The position numbers and the translations under genes were made by a program. The notes below the pieces were generated by a model. That model worked only from the letters and a program-made list of their open reading frames with translations. It did not search any database and was not told the origin of the DNA. A stretch of DNA of 64,000 nt from assembly GCA_963662945.1 (NCBI GenBank), contig OY759974.1, positions 352,001 to 416,000 on the forward strand. The letters are read 5' to 3'. Positions 37,824 through 48,710 of this stretch are shown one piece after another. The DNA is from Arcobacteraceae bacterium (GTDB taxonomy: Bacteria > Campylobacterota > Campylobacteria > Campylobacterales > Arcobacteraceae). How positions within the stretch are numbered: position 1 is the stretch's first letter; the number at the start of each line of letters is the position of its first letter.

Positions 37824-37921
37824 TTAAAATATAAAGGAATCTAAACTTCAAAAATATTTTTTCGTTACGTAATGTAACAAAAATGTAACTTTCAAATCTT
37901 AAACTAGCCTTTTTTCAAGAA

Positions 37922-38518
37922 TTATTTAAGTTTAAGAAAAATCATTGAAGTCATAATTACATCATTTATTGCATCATGTTTTCCAAGTCTTGGTAGAGAT
38001 AATTTATTCATAATTACATCAAATCTTAAATCGATATTTCCCTCGGGATACTTTTTTATCATGGTATCATAATATAAAGATGAAACTTCAATTTTTTTAT
38101 TTGGAAGTGTTATACCTAACTTTGGTTTGATATATTTATTAATCATAGCACAATCAAATTCTAAAAAATATCCTACAAGTGGACGATTTCCTATAAAGTC
38201 CAAAAATTCTTCAATAACAAGATCAATATCTTGTGCATTTTGTATATCACACTCCCTTATATGATGTATTTTTATACTTTCACTACTTAAAGGTTTTGTT
38301 GTTTTAGCAAATCTTTCAAACTTTTGACTATGAAGTATTTGATTTCCTTTTATTATTATTGCACCTATAGAAATAATCTCATCTACTTTTGGATTTAAAC
38401 CTGTAGTTTCACAGTCAAAACAGACATATTCATCATCTTTATTTACTTCAAAAAGATAGTTATAATCACTATTTTTTAAACGTTTTTTATTGAAGTATTG
38501 TTTTACTTTCTCAAACAT
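37922..38518 (-). CDS. DEDDh 3'-5' exonuclease-like protein (DnaQ-like)
   Basis: CFDCETTGL, LEFD, HDAIND. Confidence 0.88.
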   Translation of the reverse strand: MFEKVKQYFNKKRLKNSDYNYLFEVNKDDEYVCFDCETTGLNPKVDEIISIGAIIIKGNQILHSQKFERFAKTTKPLSSESIKIHHIRECDIQNAQDIDLVIEEFLDFIGNRPLVGYFLEFDCAMINKYIKPKLGITLPNKKIEVSSLYYDTMIKKYPEGNIDLRFDVIMNKLSLPRLGKHDAINDVIMTSMIFLKLK

Positions 38519-38522
38519 TTTA

Positions 38523-40358
38523 TTAACTTACCATATTTAATTTACAGTGATATGTAATAAATTTTTTAAATTTATTCACTATTTTAAAACTATCTTTTAA
38601 TAAATCTTTTTCTAAAACAGTTAGTTTTGATGGATTTATATAATTATCTAACTCTTCTTTTTTATCTATTTTATCTAATCGAAATTTGAGTCTTAGTGTT
38701 AAAAGGAAATTAAATGACTCAATAAGTTCATTTGTAAACTCTCTATCAAGTATACCTAAATCATTTAACTCTTTCAGTCTTTCAACAGTATTTGTCTCCT
38801 TAAGATTTTTTTCTATTGCTAAAGTTCTTACTCCATGTACAATTGGGAAAATACCACCTTTTTTAATGTCTAATTCATCTTTATGATGTGTTTTATCAAC
38901 TACAAAATCACTAAATAATCCCAAAGGTGTTTCAAAAGAAACTATAGGTTTTGCGAAAAATGGATAAAAAGATGGTGCATTTGCACAAACTGTAAAAAGA
39001 TATTCTTTCAATATATTCAATAATTCTTTATCCCCTGTAATAGCAACAGCATCATAAAAAATTGCCAAATACATATAGTTTTCTTCATTTGGTTTATGTA
39101 TCCAATCAAAAATAGTTTCTTGAAAACTTGTAATATTTTGTACCCAAAACGGATTTGAAACCATAATATTACCATCACACAATGGATATCCAAATTCTAC
39201 AAGATGCTCTGTAAATGTTTTTGTATATTTCATAATCTCATTGTAATCCATACTACAATCATCAGAGAGTACCAAAGCATTATCTTGATCGGTTCTAAGG
39301 ATCTGTTCACTTCTTCCCTCACTTCCCATAATAATGAGAGTTGATTTTGATTTTAATTCTTCAGGTGCTGTAAGTTCAAAAAGTTTTTCAAATAATTTTT
39401 CATTCAATTGTGAGATAAGTTTAGATATATATCTTACTTTTACCCCTTTTTCATATAAAACCCTAATGGTTCTTATAAATTTACTACTTGCTTCTTTTAA
39501 CTCTTCTATTGTTTTTGCATCTTCAATTAATCTACTTGTTGAATGTGTATGAGAAGCAAAGAAACTACTTAAACTTACAATATCTAAAATCCCAATAATC
39601 TCTCCTTCTTTTTTTACTACAAGTCTTTTTAGATTGTGTTTAGCCATTTGTAATTGAGCATTAAATAAAAAATCAGAAGCTTCTATATATTTTAATCCAT
39701 AAGTTGTTATCTGACTGACAGGACCATCTAAATCCATTCTTTTAAGTGCAACTTTTTTTACAAAACTTGAATCTGTTACAATCCCTACTTCTCCATCTGC
39801 TCTTCTAACTAAAATAGATTGGATATTATTTGAAGTAAGTTGTACAACTGCACCATATATTGTCTCACGTTCATCGATATAAATTGGCTTTTGTAAATAA
39901 GCATCTTCAACTTTAGACATTGCAAAATCTAAGAGTTTTTTCTTCTCTTCATTTTGCATACTTAAATTTAGTTTTTCAGAGATTGTTGAGAAAAAATAAC
40001 TCTCTAATGCACTATTTTGATACATATATTTCAAAAATATCTCTTTTGGTAATGCATAAAGAATCGATTCTTGAACTGTTACAAAAGTATGTTTAATTTT
40101 ATTTTCGATAAGTGTAATTGGATCAAAATACTCACTTGTAGAGTATACAGAAATCACCTCTTCTTCAAGCTTTTCTTGAACAACACCTTTAATAATAAAA
40201 TAGAGAAATTCAGCATTTTTTGCAGGAGATAAAAGCTGTTCTCCCTCTTTAAAGTATAATATATCTAAGTAACTACAAACCTCTTCAAGCTCATTACTCA
40301 ACAAATTATCAAATGGTTTAATATTTTTAATAAAACTTTTTATCTCTAAAAGACTCAT
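38523..40358 (-). CDS. cNMP-binding/CBS/DUF294 nucleotidyltransferase-domain protein
   Basis: N-terminal cNMP-like domain, CBS pair (GIVTD), MGSEGRSEQILRTDQDNAL NTase motif, DIKKGGIFPIVHGVR. Confidence 0.88.
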   Translation of the reverse strand: MSLLEIKSFIKNIKPFDNLLSNELEEVCSYLDILYFKEGEQLLSPAKNAEFLYFIIKGVVQEKLEEEVISVYSTSEYFDPITLIENKIKHTFVTVQESILYALPKEIFLKYMYQNSALESYFFSTISEKLNLSMQNEEKKKLLDFAMSKVEDAYLQKPIYIDERETIYGAVVQLTSNNIQSILVRRADGEVGIVTDSSFVKKVALKRMDLDGPVSQITTYGLKYIEASDFLFNAQLQMAKHNLKRLVVKKEGEIIGILDIVSLSSFFASHTHSTSRLIEDAKTIEELKEASSKFIRTIRVLYEKGVKVRYISKLISQLNEKLFEKLFELTAPEELKSKSTLIIMGSEGRSEQILRTDQDNALVLSDDCSMDYNEIMKYTKTFTEHLVEFGYPLCDGNIMVSNPFWVQNITSFQETIFDWIHKPNEENYMYLAIFYDAVAITGDKELLNILKEYLFTVCANAPSFYPFFAKPIVSFETPLGLFSDFVVDKTHHKDELDIKKGGIFPIVHGVRTLAIEKNLKETNTVERLKELNDLGILDREFTNELIESFNFLLTLRLKFRLDKIDKKEELDNYINPSKLTVLEKDLLKDSFKIVNKFKKFITYHCKLNMVS

Positions 40359-40403
40359 AGATGTTCCTTTTCTTTTCTTATATAATCGTAATACAAATTA
40401 CAT

Positions 40404-40431
40404 AAAAAAAGCCCCTTATAAAAGGGGCTTT
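40404..40431 (-). terminator. Intrinsic terminator downstream of actP
   Basis: Plus strand AAAAAAAGCCCCTT-ATAA-AAGGGGCTTT, giving a U7 tail on the minus strand. Confidence 0.85.
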
Positions 40432-40474
40432 AACATTGATTTTAAATTCTAACTAAACTTTGTCTCATTTGCTT

Positions 40475-42142
40475 TTAGTGATTTACCGCACTATCAGCAC
40501 CAATACCAGTTTGACATCTGATATCTTGAGCATCAAATTCATCTTTACATCTTTGTGCATCTTCACTATTATCAGTAATAGAGAAGAACCAAATAGCAAT
40601 AAATGCCATAGGTACAGAGAATACAGCTGGGAATTTATATGGAACAATTGCTTGTCCGTATCCTAAAATACTTGTCCATACAACTGGTCCTAAAATAACA
40701 AGAACAAGTGCAGAGATAAGTCCAACATATCCACCAATTACAGCACCTCTAGTTGTTAAACCTTTCCAGAAGATTGACATAAACAATACTGGGAAGTTAG
40801 CAGATGCAGCAATAGTAAATGCTAGTGCAACAACGAACGCAATATTTTGTTTTTCAAATGCAATACCAAAAATAATTGCAGCAACACCAATAGCAAGAGT
40901 AGCATATTTAGAAACTCTCATCTCTTGTAACTCATCAACTTTTTCACCCTCTTTTGCAAACGCATTTGCATAAAGGTCATGTGAAATTGCTGAAGCACCA
41001 GCTAGTGTAAGACCAGATACAACCGCTAAGATTGTAGCAAAAGCAACCGCAGAGATAAATCCTAAGAAGTAATCACCACCAACAGCGTGAGCTAACCAAA
41101 CAGCTGCCATATTATTCATACCTTTTAATGTATTTGTAGCAGTATCCCAGTAAATATTACCTTCAGCACCAAGTACTAATACAATTGCACCAAATCCCAT
41201 AATAAATGTAAGAATATAGAAGTAACCGATTAAACCAGTTGCAACAAATACTGACTTTCTAGCTTCTTTAGCATCAGCAACAGTAAAGAATCTCATAAGA
41301 ATATGAGGAAGACCAGCTGTACCAAACATTAAAGCAATACCAAGTGAAATTGCTGAAATAGGATCAGATACAAGCCCTCCTGGAGTCATAATTGATAAAC
41401 CTTTTGGATGTATTTCAGTTGCAGCTTTAAATAATGCTTCAAAAGAGAATCCAAATTGAGCCATAACCATAATTGACATAAATGTTGTACCAGCTAAAAG
41501 TAAAATAGCTTTAATAATTTGTACCCAAGTAGTTGCAAGCATACCACCGAAAGCCACATATAATACCATCAATGCACCAACTAAAATAACAGCAAATTCG
41601 TACTCTAAACCAAATAAAATTTGGATTAATTTACCAGAACCAACCATTTGTGCAATAAGGTAAAGAATAACAACTGAAATTGAACCAAGAGCAGCTAAAA
41701 TTCTGATAGGTTTTTGTCTTAATCTATATGCAGTAACATCAGCAAATGTATATTTACCAAGATTTCTTAATTGCTCAGAGATCATAAATAAAATTACAGG
41801 CCAACCAACAAGGAAACCAATAGAGAAAATAAGTCCATCATATCCTTTTAAGTATACCATACCAGTAATACCAAGGAAAGATGCAGCAGACATATAATCT
41901 CCAGCTATCGCTGTACCATTTTGAGTTCCTGTGATACCACCACCAGCAGTATAAAAGTCACTTGCACTTTTTGTTCTTTTTGAAGCCCAGTAAGTAATAC
42001 CTAATGTAGCAAATACAAATAAAAAGAACATAACAATTGCCGGCACATTTATATCTTGTTTTGTTCCTGCACCAAGATCAGCACCAGCTGCAAAAGCAAC
42101 TCCAGCAAACACAACTAAAAGAGAAAAAATTCTACTTAACAT
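40475..42142 (-). CDS. actP: Cation/acetate symporter (SSS family)
   Basis: [47 protein letters not shown]. Confidence 0.92.
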   Translation of the reverse strand: MLSRIFSLLVVFAGVAFAAGADLGAGTKQDINVPAIVMFFLFVFATLGITYWASKRTKSASDFYTAGGGITGTQNGTAIAGDYMSAASFLGITGMVYLKGYDGLIFSIGFLVGWPVILFMISEQLRNLGKYTFADVTAYRLRQKPIRILAALGSISVVILYLIAQMVGSGKLIQILFGLEYEFAVILVGALMVLYVAFGGMLATTWVQIIKAILLLAGTTFMSIMVMAQFGFSFEALFKAATEIHPKGLSIMTPGGLVSDPISAISLGIALMFGTAGLPHILMRFFTVADAKEARKSVFVATGLIGYFYILTFIMGFGAIVLVLGAEGNIYWDTATNTLKGMNNMAAVWLAHAVGGDYFLGFISAVAFATILAVVSGLTLAGASAISHDLYANAFAKEGEKVDELQEMRVSKYATLAIGVAAIIFGIAFEKQNIAFVVALAFTIAASANFPVLFMSIFWKGLTTRGAVIGGYVGLISALVLVILGPVVWTSILGYGQAIVPYKFPAVFSVPMAFIAIWFFSITDNSEDAQRCKDEFDAQDIRCQTGIGADSAVNH

Positions 42143-42459
42143 TATTTCATCTCCTTTGCGATATCTTCTTTAACTTTTTTTGTTAAATCATCAAATTCAC
42201 TATTCGCTCTTTTTACATAAACACCTGTCATTATAAATGAAAATAAAATAAGTGCCATACCTATAGGTATACCTATTGTAGCTACACCTCCACTTATACT
42301 TTGACCCAATGTCTCTGGACTAAATGCAATATATAAAATAAATGCATAATAAACCACTAACATAGTTATAGTTAGTTTCCAAGAAAAAGCACTTCTTTTT
42401 GAAACAAGTTCAATATAAGAAGGATTCGACTTGATTTTTTCTACCATTGTTTTATCCAC
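42142..42459 (-). CDS. DUF485/YjcH-like small membrane protein
   Basis: Two TMs, [10 protein letters not shown] motif, immediately upstream of actP. Confidence 0.88.
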   Translation of the reverse strand: MDKTMVEKIKSNPSYIELVSKRSAFSWKLTITMLVVYYAFILYIAFSPETLGQSISGGVATIGIPIGMALILFSFIMTGVYVKRANSEFDDLTKKVKEDIAKEMK

Positions 42460-42488
42460 AATATTCTCCTTTTTTTAATATCAAAATG

Positions 42489-42523
42489 ATTGTATGGGTA
42501 CTTTGTAGCATTAAAGTAGCATT
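42489..42523 (-). promoter_or_regulatory. yjcH-actP promoter with tandem AATGCTA boxes
   Basis: Minus strand reads AATGCTA-N4-AATGCTA-N11-TACAAT. Confidence 0.65.
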
Positions 42524-42606
42524 TCGTAATATTTGTAACTTTTAGTATATTAAATTTTTTTATATGTTACTATAGTAAACAGTTTTTAGAAATTTTTTGG
42601 AAATTT

Positions 42607-43788
42607 TTATCTATTTTTTTTCTTATCTAGTATTAGAAATACTAATATTACTAACGATATAAATGAAGTAAAAATCATAAGATAAAAGATATTATCCAAT
42701 CCACCATCATGAAATAAACTTGCTATAAAGCCTATAAATGCTGAGATTGTAAAACCCATAACACCATTTAGTGCAGTAGCAGTAGCACTAATTGTTTTAA
42801 AATGCTCAAGAAGTAAAGATAATACATTAGCAAAAATTAATCCCAATGTTGACACATAAAGTACAAAACCTAGTATCATTATTGGTAAAATATTAAATTT
42901 TGATAAAAAGTATAATGCAATAGCAATACCAATTTGAAAAATAATAGCGTATAAAAATAGTTTAATAGAAGAGTGTCTTTCAAGTAAAATAATATTAAGT
43001 TTTGTTGCCAATATCAGTCCAAAAGCATTAAGACCAAACAATAAAGAAAAATAAATCGTATCTAATTTATAATATTCCATATATATAAAAGAGGATTTTG
43101 TAATAAAGATAAATAAAGCGGAAATTCCAAATCCTCCTGCTAACATAAGCAAAATTGCCTGCTTGTTTTTTAATATTGTTATATAGTTTGTAAATAAATT
43201 CTTTGTTTTTGTTTTAGGAGAAGTTTCAGGTAACTTAGTAATAAAATATAAAAGTAACATAGCATAAATTGATAAAAATATAAAAATAAATTGCCAAGAA
43301 AAAAAATGCAAAATAGTAGCTCCTACAACTGGTGCTACCATTGGTGCAATCATCATCACCATTGAAATCATTGAAAATACTTTAGCTCCTTCTTTCCCAT
43401 GAAAAAGGTCTCGTACAATTGCACTTGTATTTACAACAGCAAAGCCACCTCCAATTGCTTGAAAAAATCTAAATACCCATAATTGTTCTAAACTAGAAGC
43501 AATACTAATCATAAATGAAAATAAAATATAGATACTTAACCCAACAAAAATAAATATTTTTCGTCCATATCTATCAGAAAGTGGTCCTCCAACTAACTGT
43601 CCAAGTGCAAAACCTATAAGATAAATACTAAGTGTTACCTCTATTTGATCAATAGAGGTATAAAAATATTTTGATATTTGTGTAAATGAAGGTAAATATA
43701 CATCAATTGCAAGTGGTGATATAGAGGTTAGCATAGCTAATATAACTATAAAACCCTTTGGTAATGTTTGTTTTGTTTGATAATCCAT
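42607..43788 (-). CDS. Bcr/CflA-family MFS efflux transporter
   Basis: AIDVYLPSF, GQLVGGPLSDRYGRK, RFFQAIGG, LPET. Confidence 0.92.
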   Translation of the reverse strand: MDYQTKQTLPKGFIVILAMLTSISPLAIDVYLPSFTQISKYFYTSIDQIEVTLSIYLIGFALGQLVGGPLSDRYGRKIFIFVGLSIYILFSFMISIASSLEQLWVFRFFQAIGGGFAVVNTSAIVRDLFHGKEGAKVFSMISMVMMIAPMVAPVVGATILHFFSWQFIFIFLSIYAMLLLYFITKLPETSPKTKTKNLFTNYITILKNKQAILLMLAGGFGISALFIFITKSSFIYMEYYKLDTIYFSLLFGLNAFGLILATKLNIILLERHSSIKLFLYAIIFQIGIAIALYFLSKFNILPIMILGFVLYVSTLGLIFANVLSLLLEHFKTISATATALNGVMGFTISAFIGFIASLFHDGGLDNIFYLMIFTSFISLVILVFLILDKKKNR

Positions 43789-43834
43789 TTGGGATTATAA
43801 CTTATAATCAATTAATTACAATATGAAAAAACTA

Positions 43835-44317
43835 TTACTCTTTTATAATTGCAATTAATTTATAAGGAGATATTTTATTTGCTTTTGCTAATTGATTTAA
43901 AGAGGCTTCTTCTTTTAATATAATATTTGCATTTTTTAATTTCAATTCAAAAACTTCCATATCTAATCCTAAAACACCAATAGAATCTTCAAGTGGTGCA
44001 TTTAATACTGATTGAATAATTATCCCTTTTGGATTTGGTCCTGTTGGTGCATTAGATGTGAAACCTACAACTACTCCCATTGCGACAATAACTGATAATA
44101 AAAAAACTTTTTTTGAAAAATAATTTTTCATACTTTTCCAATTAAAAAATACATGAAAAAATACGATACCTACAAATACTAAACCAAGAGTCTCATGCAT
44201 CTCTTTTACATAGTTATCGAAAAAGTGAAAAAACATCATAATTCCACTTACACCAACAACAGCAAATCCTAATGTTGTAAGTGATGTTGCCATATCTCTT
44301 GTAATAATTTTCTTCAT
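43835..44317 (-). CDS. DUF4405-like membrane protein with His residues in TM segments
   Basis: SGIMMFFH, MHETLG, FHVFFNW. ATG at 44317 follows an AAAGGA SD. Confidence 0.7.
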   Translation of the reverse strand: MKKIITRDMATSLTTLGFAVVGVSGIMMFFHFFDNYVKEMHETLGLVFVGIVFFHVFFNWKSMKNYFSKKVFLLSVIVAMGVVVGFTSNAPTGPNPKGIIIQSVLNAPLEDSIGVLGLDMEVFELKLKNANIILKEEASLNQLAKANKISPYKLIAIIKE

Positions 44318-44428
44318 TTCTAGTCCTTTAATTTTCAAAATTATAGATAAATTAAATTAATCATTGTTTAACCAAATATAAATGAAAAGTACTTATTTTT
44401 TTGATATAATATTTTGTAATAAAAAAGG

Positions 44429-44731
44429 ATGGAAAATATGAGAATAAAAGCGACATTAAAAAATGGTATTACAACAGTAAAAGTAATGGCAAAACATATT
44501 ATGCTTAGCCAAACAGAAGCTAAAAGATTAGGAAAAACTGCAAATTATATTACCACTATTATTGGTACAGTAAATGATACAATTGTATTTGAAGCAAGTA
44601 CAAGCCAAACTTTATCAAGAGACCCTTATGTAAAATTTAAATTCGCAAATGCTAAAAAAGGTGATACATTAAAAATGTACTGGAAAGATTTATTAGGGAA
44701 TGAAAAAACAGATACGGCTGTAATCAAATAG
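44429..44731 (+). CDS. soxZ: Sulfur-oxidation carrier complex protein SoxZ (orphan)
   Basis: MRIKA..VKVMAKH.M, ANYIT, LSRDPYVKFKF, KGD.L...WKD pattern. Confidence 0.8.
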   Translation: MENMRIKATLKNGITTVKVMAKHIMLSQTEAKRLGKTANYITTIIGTVNDTIVFEASTSQTLSRDPYVKFKFANAKKGDTLKMYWKDLLGNEKTDTAVIK

Positions 44732-44751
44732 ATTTCTATTTGATTACAACA

Positions 44752-44976
44752 TTAATCTTTAATAAATAATGCCACAACTTTTCGAACTTGTGGTACTACT
44801 ATAAAAATCGTTGGAAATGCTACTAAAAATGCTTTCCAATATGCCTCTAGCCAATACCAAAATATCCCTTCAACAAATCCAATGTTTATCAAAGTTACAA
44901 TAAAACTCATAAATCCAGCCATAAAAGCTGCCATAAAAAATGCAAATAATACAAATTCATATTTTTTATTTATCAT
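44752..44976 (-). CDS. DUF2798-like small membrane protein
   Basis: FMAAFMAGFMSFIVT..N.G....W...AF.VAFP; SD GGAGG upstream. Confidence 0.75.
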   Translation of the reverse strand: MINKKYEFVLFAFFMAAFMAGFMSFIVTLINIGFVEGIFWYWLEAYWKAFLVAFPTIFIVVPQVRKVVALFIKD

Positions 44977-45058
44977 ACAATCCTCCTTCATCGGTGCTCT
45001 TTTAATCGCACATCGATTGCGGTTCCAGTTCTTAAAGAGTGAAACTATTCACTGTTTA

Positions 45059-48000
45059 TTAACGAACTTCACCTTTCTCATAAAATTTTCGTAAATATCT
45101 ATCAACAGGATAGATAAACTTATACATTGCAGGTACTACAAGTAATGTCAATATTGTAGAACTTACAAGCCCTCCAATAATCGCCAATGCCATAGGTGAA
45201 TTTGATTCACTTCCCGCACCCGTTCCAAACGCCAGTGGTGCCATAGCCCCAATCATTGCAAATGTTGTCATCAAAATTGGTCGAAGTCTTTTTTCTCCTG
45301 CTTCAAGAAGTGCCTCATCTACAGTTTGTCCCTCTTCGATTGCCTTGTTTGCAAAATCTACAACTAAAATCGCATTTTTCCCAACCATACCTAAAAGTAA
45401 GATTATACCAATCATAACAAATAAACTAAAACTATTTCCACTTAAATATAAAGCTACCATCACACCTGTAAATGATAGAGGCATAGAAACCATAATAATC
45501 AAAGGTTGTAAAAATGATTCATATAATGCTGCTAAAATAAGATAAATTAAAATAACAGCTAAGAGTACAGCACCACCAAATGCAGCTGCTGTATCTGCCA
45601 TATTTTCTATATCTCCTGTATATCTATAGTTATATCCTTGTGGCAACAGTTCTTTTATATTTGTATCGATTGCTGTCACAACATTATTTAAACTATCTCC
45701 AAACAATCCAGCAGTTACGAGAACTTTTCTTTCTCTATCAAATCTATTAATAGAAGCTGTTGTGGTATCTTCTTCAAAAGTTACAAGTCCCTCTAACGAT
45801 ACAAATTCTCCATTTTTTGCTCGCACTTGTAGTTTTTTCATATCTTCAATTGATTTTCTATACTGATCTTCAAATCGAAGTGTTATATCAAACTGTCTCC
45901 CTTTCTCTTCATAAAAAGAGATCGCGCTATCACTACTATATGCACTTGATAATATTCCAGCTATCTCATTTGCACTTACCCCTGCAACTTGTGTATTTTG
46001 TCTTTTTATATTGATTTTGATTTGGGGTTTTCCACTTTCATAATCTCTATCAATATTTACTAAACCTTTTGTATTTTTTAACATCTCCATAACTTTTGCA
46101 GTAGTTTTTTCTAATACATCAAGGTCATCCCCTGTAATAACTATCTGAACTGGTGCATTAGAACTTCCAGTATCAAAAGGTGGTAAATCTTCAACAGTGA
46201 TAGTCATATCTTTAATTGATTTAAACTCATTTGTATATTTGACTACCATATCCTCTTGTGAAATACCCACTCGTTGCTCTTTTGGTTTCATCTTTACATA
46301 TATTTTTGCTTTATGTATCTCTTTTGCACTATTGTACCCTATGGAGATGACACTATATTCAACCGCATTGTCTTTTTCTATTTTATCTACGAGTGGTTGT
46401 AAGTTTTTTTTCATATTTTCTAAGCTTGTACCAACTGGTGCTTTGATAAATACTTGAAACTCGCTATTATCTTCCATTGGCATAAAGTCCATACCAACTG
46501 TAAGTTTTGTAGAAGCTACAAGTAAACCAATTGTTAAAACAATCGTCAATGTTTTAAATCGCAAAAGCTGTTTTAAAATTGAAACATAGGTTTTATCTAG
46601 TTTTACAAAAAATGGCTCTGTAAAATGATAAAACTTACTTTCACTAGCATTTAAAACCCGCGCACCAACAGTAGGTATAAACATAACAGCAACTAAGTAA
46701 GATAGAACAATACCAGCTGCAACAGTCATAGCAAAAGAGTTAAAAAACATCCCAACTATCCCATCCATAAAAGCAACAGGAATAAATACAGCTAAAAGTA
46801 CAGATGATATAGCTAAAATAGAAAATGCAACCTCTTTTATCCCTTCAACTGAAGCTAAAAAAGGTTCCATTCCTTGTTCTAATTTTTTTGTAATATTTTC
46901 AATAACAACAATAGCATCATCAATAAAAATACCAATAGCCAAAGTAAGTCCAATCAAAGTCAAACGATTTAAATCATATCCCAACCAATCAATTATGGCA
47001 AAAGTTCCTATAATAGATGTAGGAATTGCCAAAGCTGAAACGAATGTAGCTGTAAAGTTTCGTAAAAAGAAAAATACAATGATAATCGCCAAAATAGAGC
47101 CATAGATTAAGTCAAAGGTTACATTGTTGATATTTACCATAATTTTGTCACTTTGATCTTGGAGTAGCTGGATATTATAATCTTCACCTGCGATAGCTTC
47201 CAGTCTAGGTAAAATCTTTTTCACCTCTTTAATTATATTTAGTACATTTTCTCCAGAGATTTTTTTTACCTCAAGCATAACACCTTGGTTACCATTAAAC
47301 GAAGAAAAACTACTGCTATCACTTAAGCCATCTTCTATTTTTGCAATATCTCGTAACTTCACTCCTGGTTTAATAAGTATATTTGATAACTCTTCAACAC
47401 TTAATGCATCTGCCTCAACCTTTACAACAATCTCCTGATTGTCATTAATAAGTTTTCCAGCACCTTGTGAGATGTTTTGGCTACTTATAATTTGTTGTAG
47501 TTCATAAGGAGTTAAATTATACTTATTCAGTAAAAAAGGATTAATATAAATTCGTATCTCTCTATCTTGATACCCTACAATATTTACTTCCCCTACCCCT
47601 TGTATTCTTTGAAGTTTAGGTTTAAGTTTTTCATCAGCTAGTCTCATCAATGCTGTTGAATCACCTTTTTTTGTAGATACAAAAAGTGAGATAACAGCTC
47701 CTGTAGCTCCAAGTTTTTTTACCACTGGTTTTTCTGCTTCATCTGGTAGAATAAGTGAGCCAATCTTATCTCTAACATCATTAGTTGCTACATCTAAGTC
47801 CTTAAAAAGTTCAAATTGAACAGTAACAACACTAAAACCATCATAACTGTTTGACATAAGTTTATCAATACCATCTATACCACTCACAACCTCTTCAATT
47901 TTATCTGTGATTTTAGTTTCTACTGTACTTGCATCTGCTCCATTATAAGCTGTTTGTATAGTCACAACGGGAAAATCAACATTTGGAAAAAGATTTATTG

Positions 48001-48091
48001 GCATAGTTTTATAGGAGATAAGTCCAAAAACTATAAATGTTAATACACCCATCAGTGTTGTTATGGGTCTATTGATAGCAAATTTATACAT
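45059..48091 (-). CDS. RND transporter, HefC/CmeF-like
   Basis: MYKFAINRPITTLM, GIFIDDAIVVIENI, GMVGKNAILVVDF, RLRPILMT. Confidence 0.92.
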   Translation of the reverse strand: MYKFAINRPITTLMGVLTFIVFGLISYKTMPINLFPNVDFPVVTIQTAYNGADASTVETKITDKIEEVVSGIDGIDKLMSNSYDGFSVVTVQFELFKDLDVATNDVRDKIGSLILPDEAEKPVVKKLGATGAVISLFVSTKKGDSTALMRLADEKLKPKLQRIQGVGEVNIVGYQDREIRIYINPFLLNKYNLTPYELQQIISSQNISQGAGKLINDNQEIVVKVEADALSVEELSNILIKPGVKLRDIAKIEDGLSDSSSFSSFNGNQGVMLEVKKISGENVLNIIKEVKKILPRLEAIAGEDYNIQLLQDQSDKIMVNINNVTFDLIYGSILAIIIVFFFLRNFTATFVSALAIPTSIIGTFAIIDWLGYDLNRLTLIGLTLAIGIFIDDAIVVIENITKKLEQGMEPFLASVEGIKEVAFSILAISSVLLAVFIPVAFMDGIVGMFFNSFAMTVAAGIVLSYLVAVMFIPTVGARVLNASESKFYHFTEPFFVKLDKTYVSILKQLLRFKTLTIVLTIGLLVASTKLTVGMDFMPMEDNSEFQVFIKAPVGTSLENMKKNLQPLVDKIEKDNAVEYSVISIGYNSAKEIHKAKIYVKMKPKEQRVGISQEDMVVKYTNEFKSIKDMTITVEDLPPFDTGSSNAPVQIVITGDDLDVLEKTTAKVMEMLKNTKGLVNIDRDYESGKPQIKINIKRQNTQVAGVSANEIAGILSSAYSSDSAISFYEEKGRQFDITLRFEDQYRKSIEDMKKLQVRAKNGEFVSLEGLVTFEEDTTTASINRFDRERKVLVTAGLFGDSLNNVVTAIDTNIKELLPQGYNYRYTGDIENMADTAAAFGGAVLLAVILIYLILAALYESFLQPLIIMVSMPLSFTGVMVALYLSGNSFSLFVMIGIILLLGMVGKNAILVVDFANKAIEEGQTVDEALLEAGEKRLRPILMTTFAMIGAMAPLAFGTGAGSESNSPMALAIIGGLVSSTILTLLVVPAMYKFIYPVDRYLRKFYEKGEVR

Positions 48092-48710
48092 TGCTTTCCT
48101 TTTTTTGTTCTTCTTTTTGATCTAATAAATCATCAAAGTTTAATCTTTGATTTTCTATTTCATCTCTATATTTTATATAATCTCCAAAGTCAAAGAAATT
48201 ATCATATCTTGAATGTTTGTCTTTTAGAGGTTTTGAGTGTTTTATAGGACACCAAAACTGTTCAGTCCTTGCCGCAATTTCCCTTACATACGCAACAACT
48301 CCATTAAAATATTCACAATACCAACAATTTATTTTTTGCACTCTATCAAGGTAAAATAAATTATATCTATCCATTATTACATATTCTTTTCTTTTCACTT
48401 TTGGTATTTTATAAATAGGAAAACAAATAGCTTGATAAATAGTTACAAAAATATCTGTGATAACTATAGGAATAATCATACCCCAAATAAAAGGAATAGT
48501 AAGTATTACTCCTAATGGAAAAGATGAAAGATATTGGATAGAACTTATTATTTTAGACTTCCCCTCTTTGATTACCCTTTCTTGAAACTTTGCTTTTTCA
48601 TTTTCAATTGTATAAAAAAATTGCTCTTCTTTTTTCTTAAATTCTTCAAGAAGTTCATCTTCCAGTACTTTAATTTGAGATATTATGTCCTCTATTTTTT
48701 TATTTTCCAT
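48084..48710 (-). CDS. Hypothetical membrane protein with Cys-rich C-terminal domain
   Basis: One hydrophobic region, then ICFP, NCWYCEY, FWCPIKH. Confidence 0.7.
   Translation of the reverse strand: MENKKIEDIISQIKVLEDELLEEFKKKEEQFFYTIENEKAKFQERVIKEGKSKIISSIQYLSSFPLGVILTIPFIWGMIIPIVITDIFVTIYQAICFPIYKIPKVKRKEYVIMDRYNLFYLDRVQKINCWYCEYFNGVVAYVREIAARTEQFWCPIKHSKPLKDKHSRYDNFFDFGDYIKYRDEIENQRLNFDDLLDQKEEQKKESNV

Noticed and set aside
45004-45024. Hairpin AATCGCA-CATCGAT-TGCGGTT between the RND gene and the DUF2798-like gene
   Set aside because: Single short stem with no U tract and no second copy seen; not enough to call.
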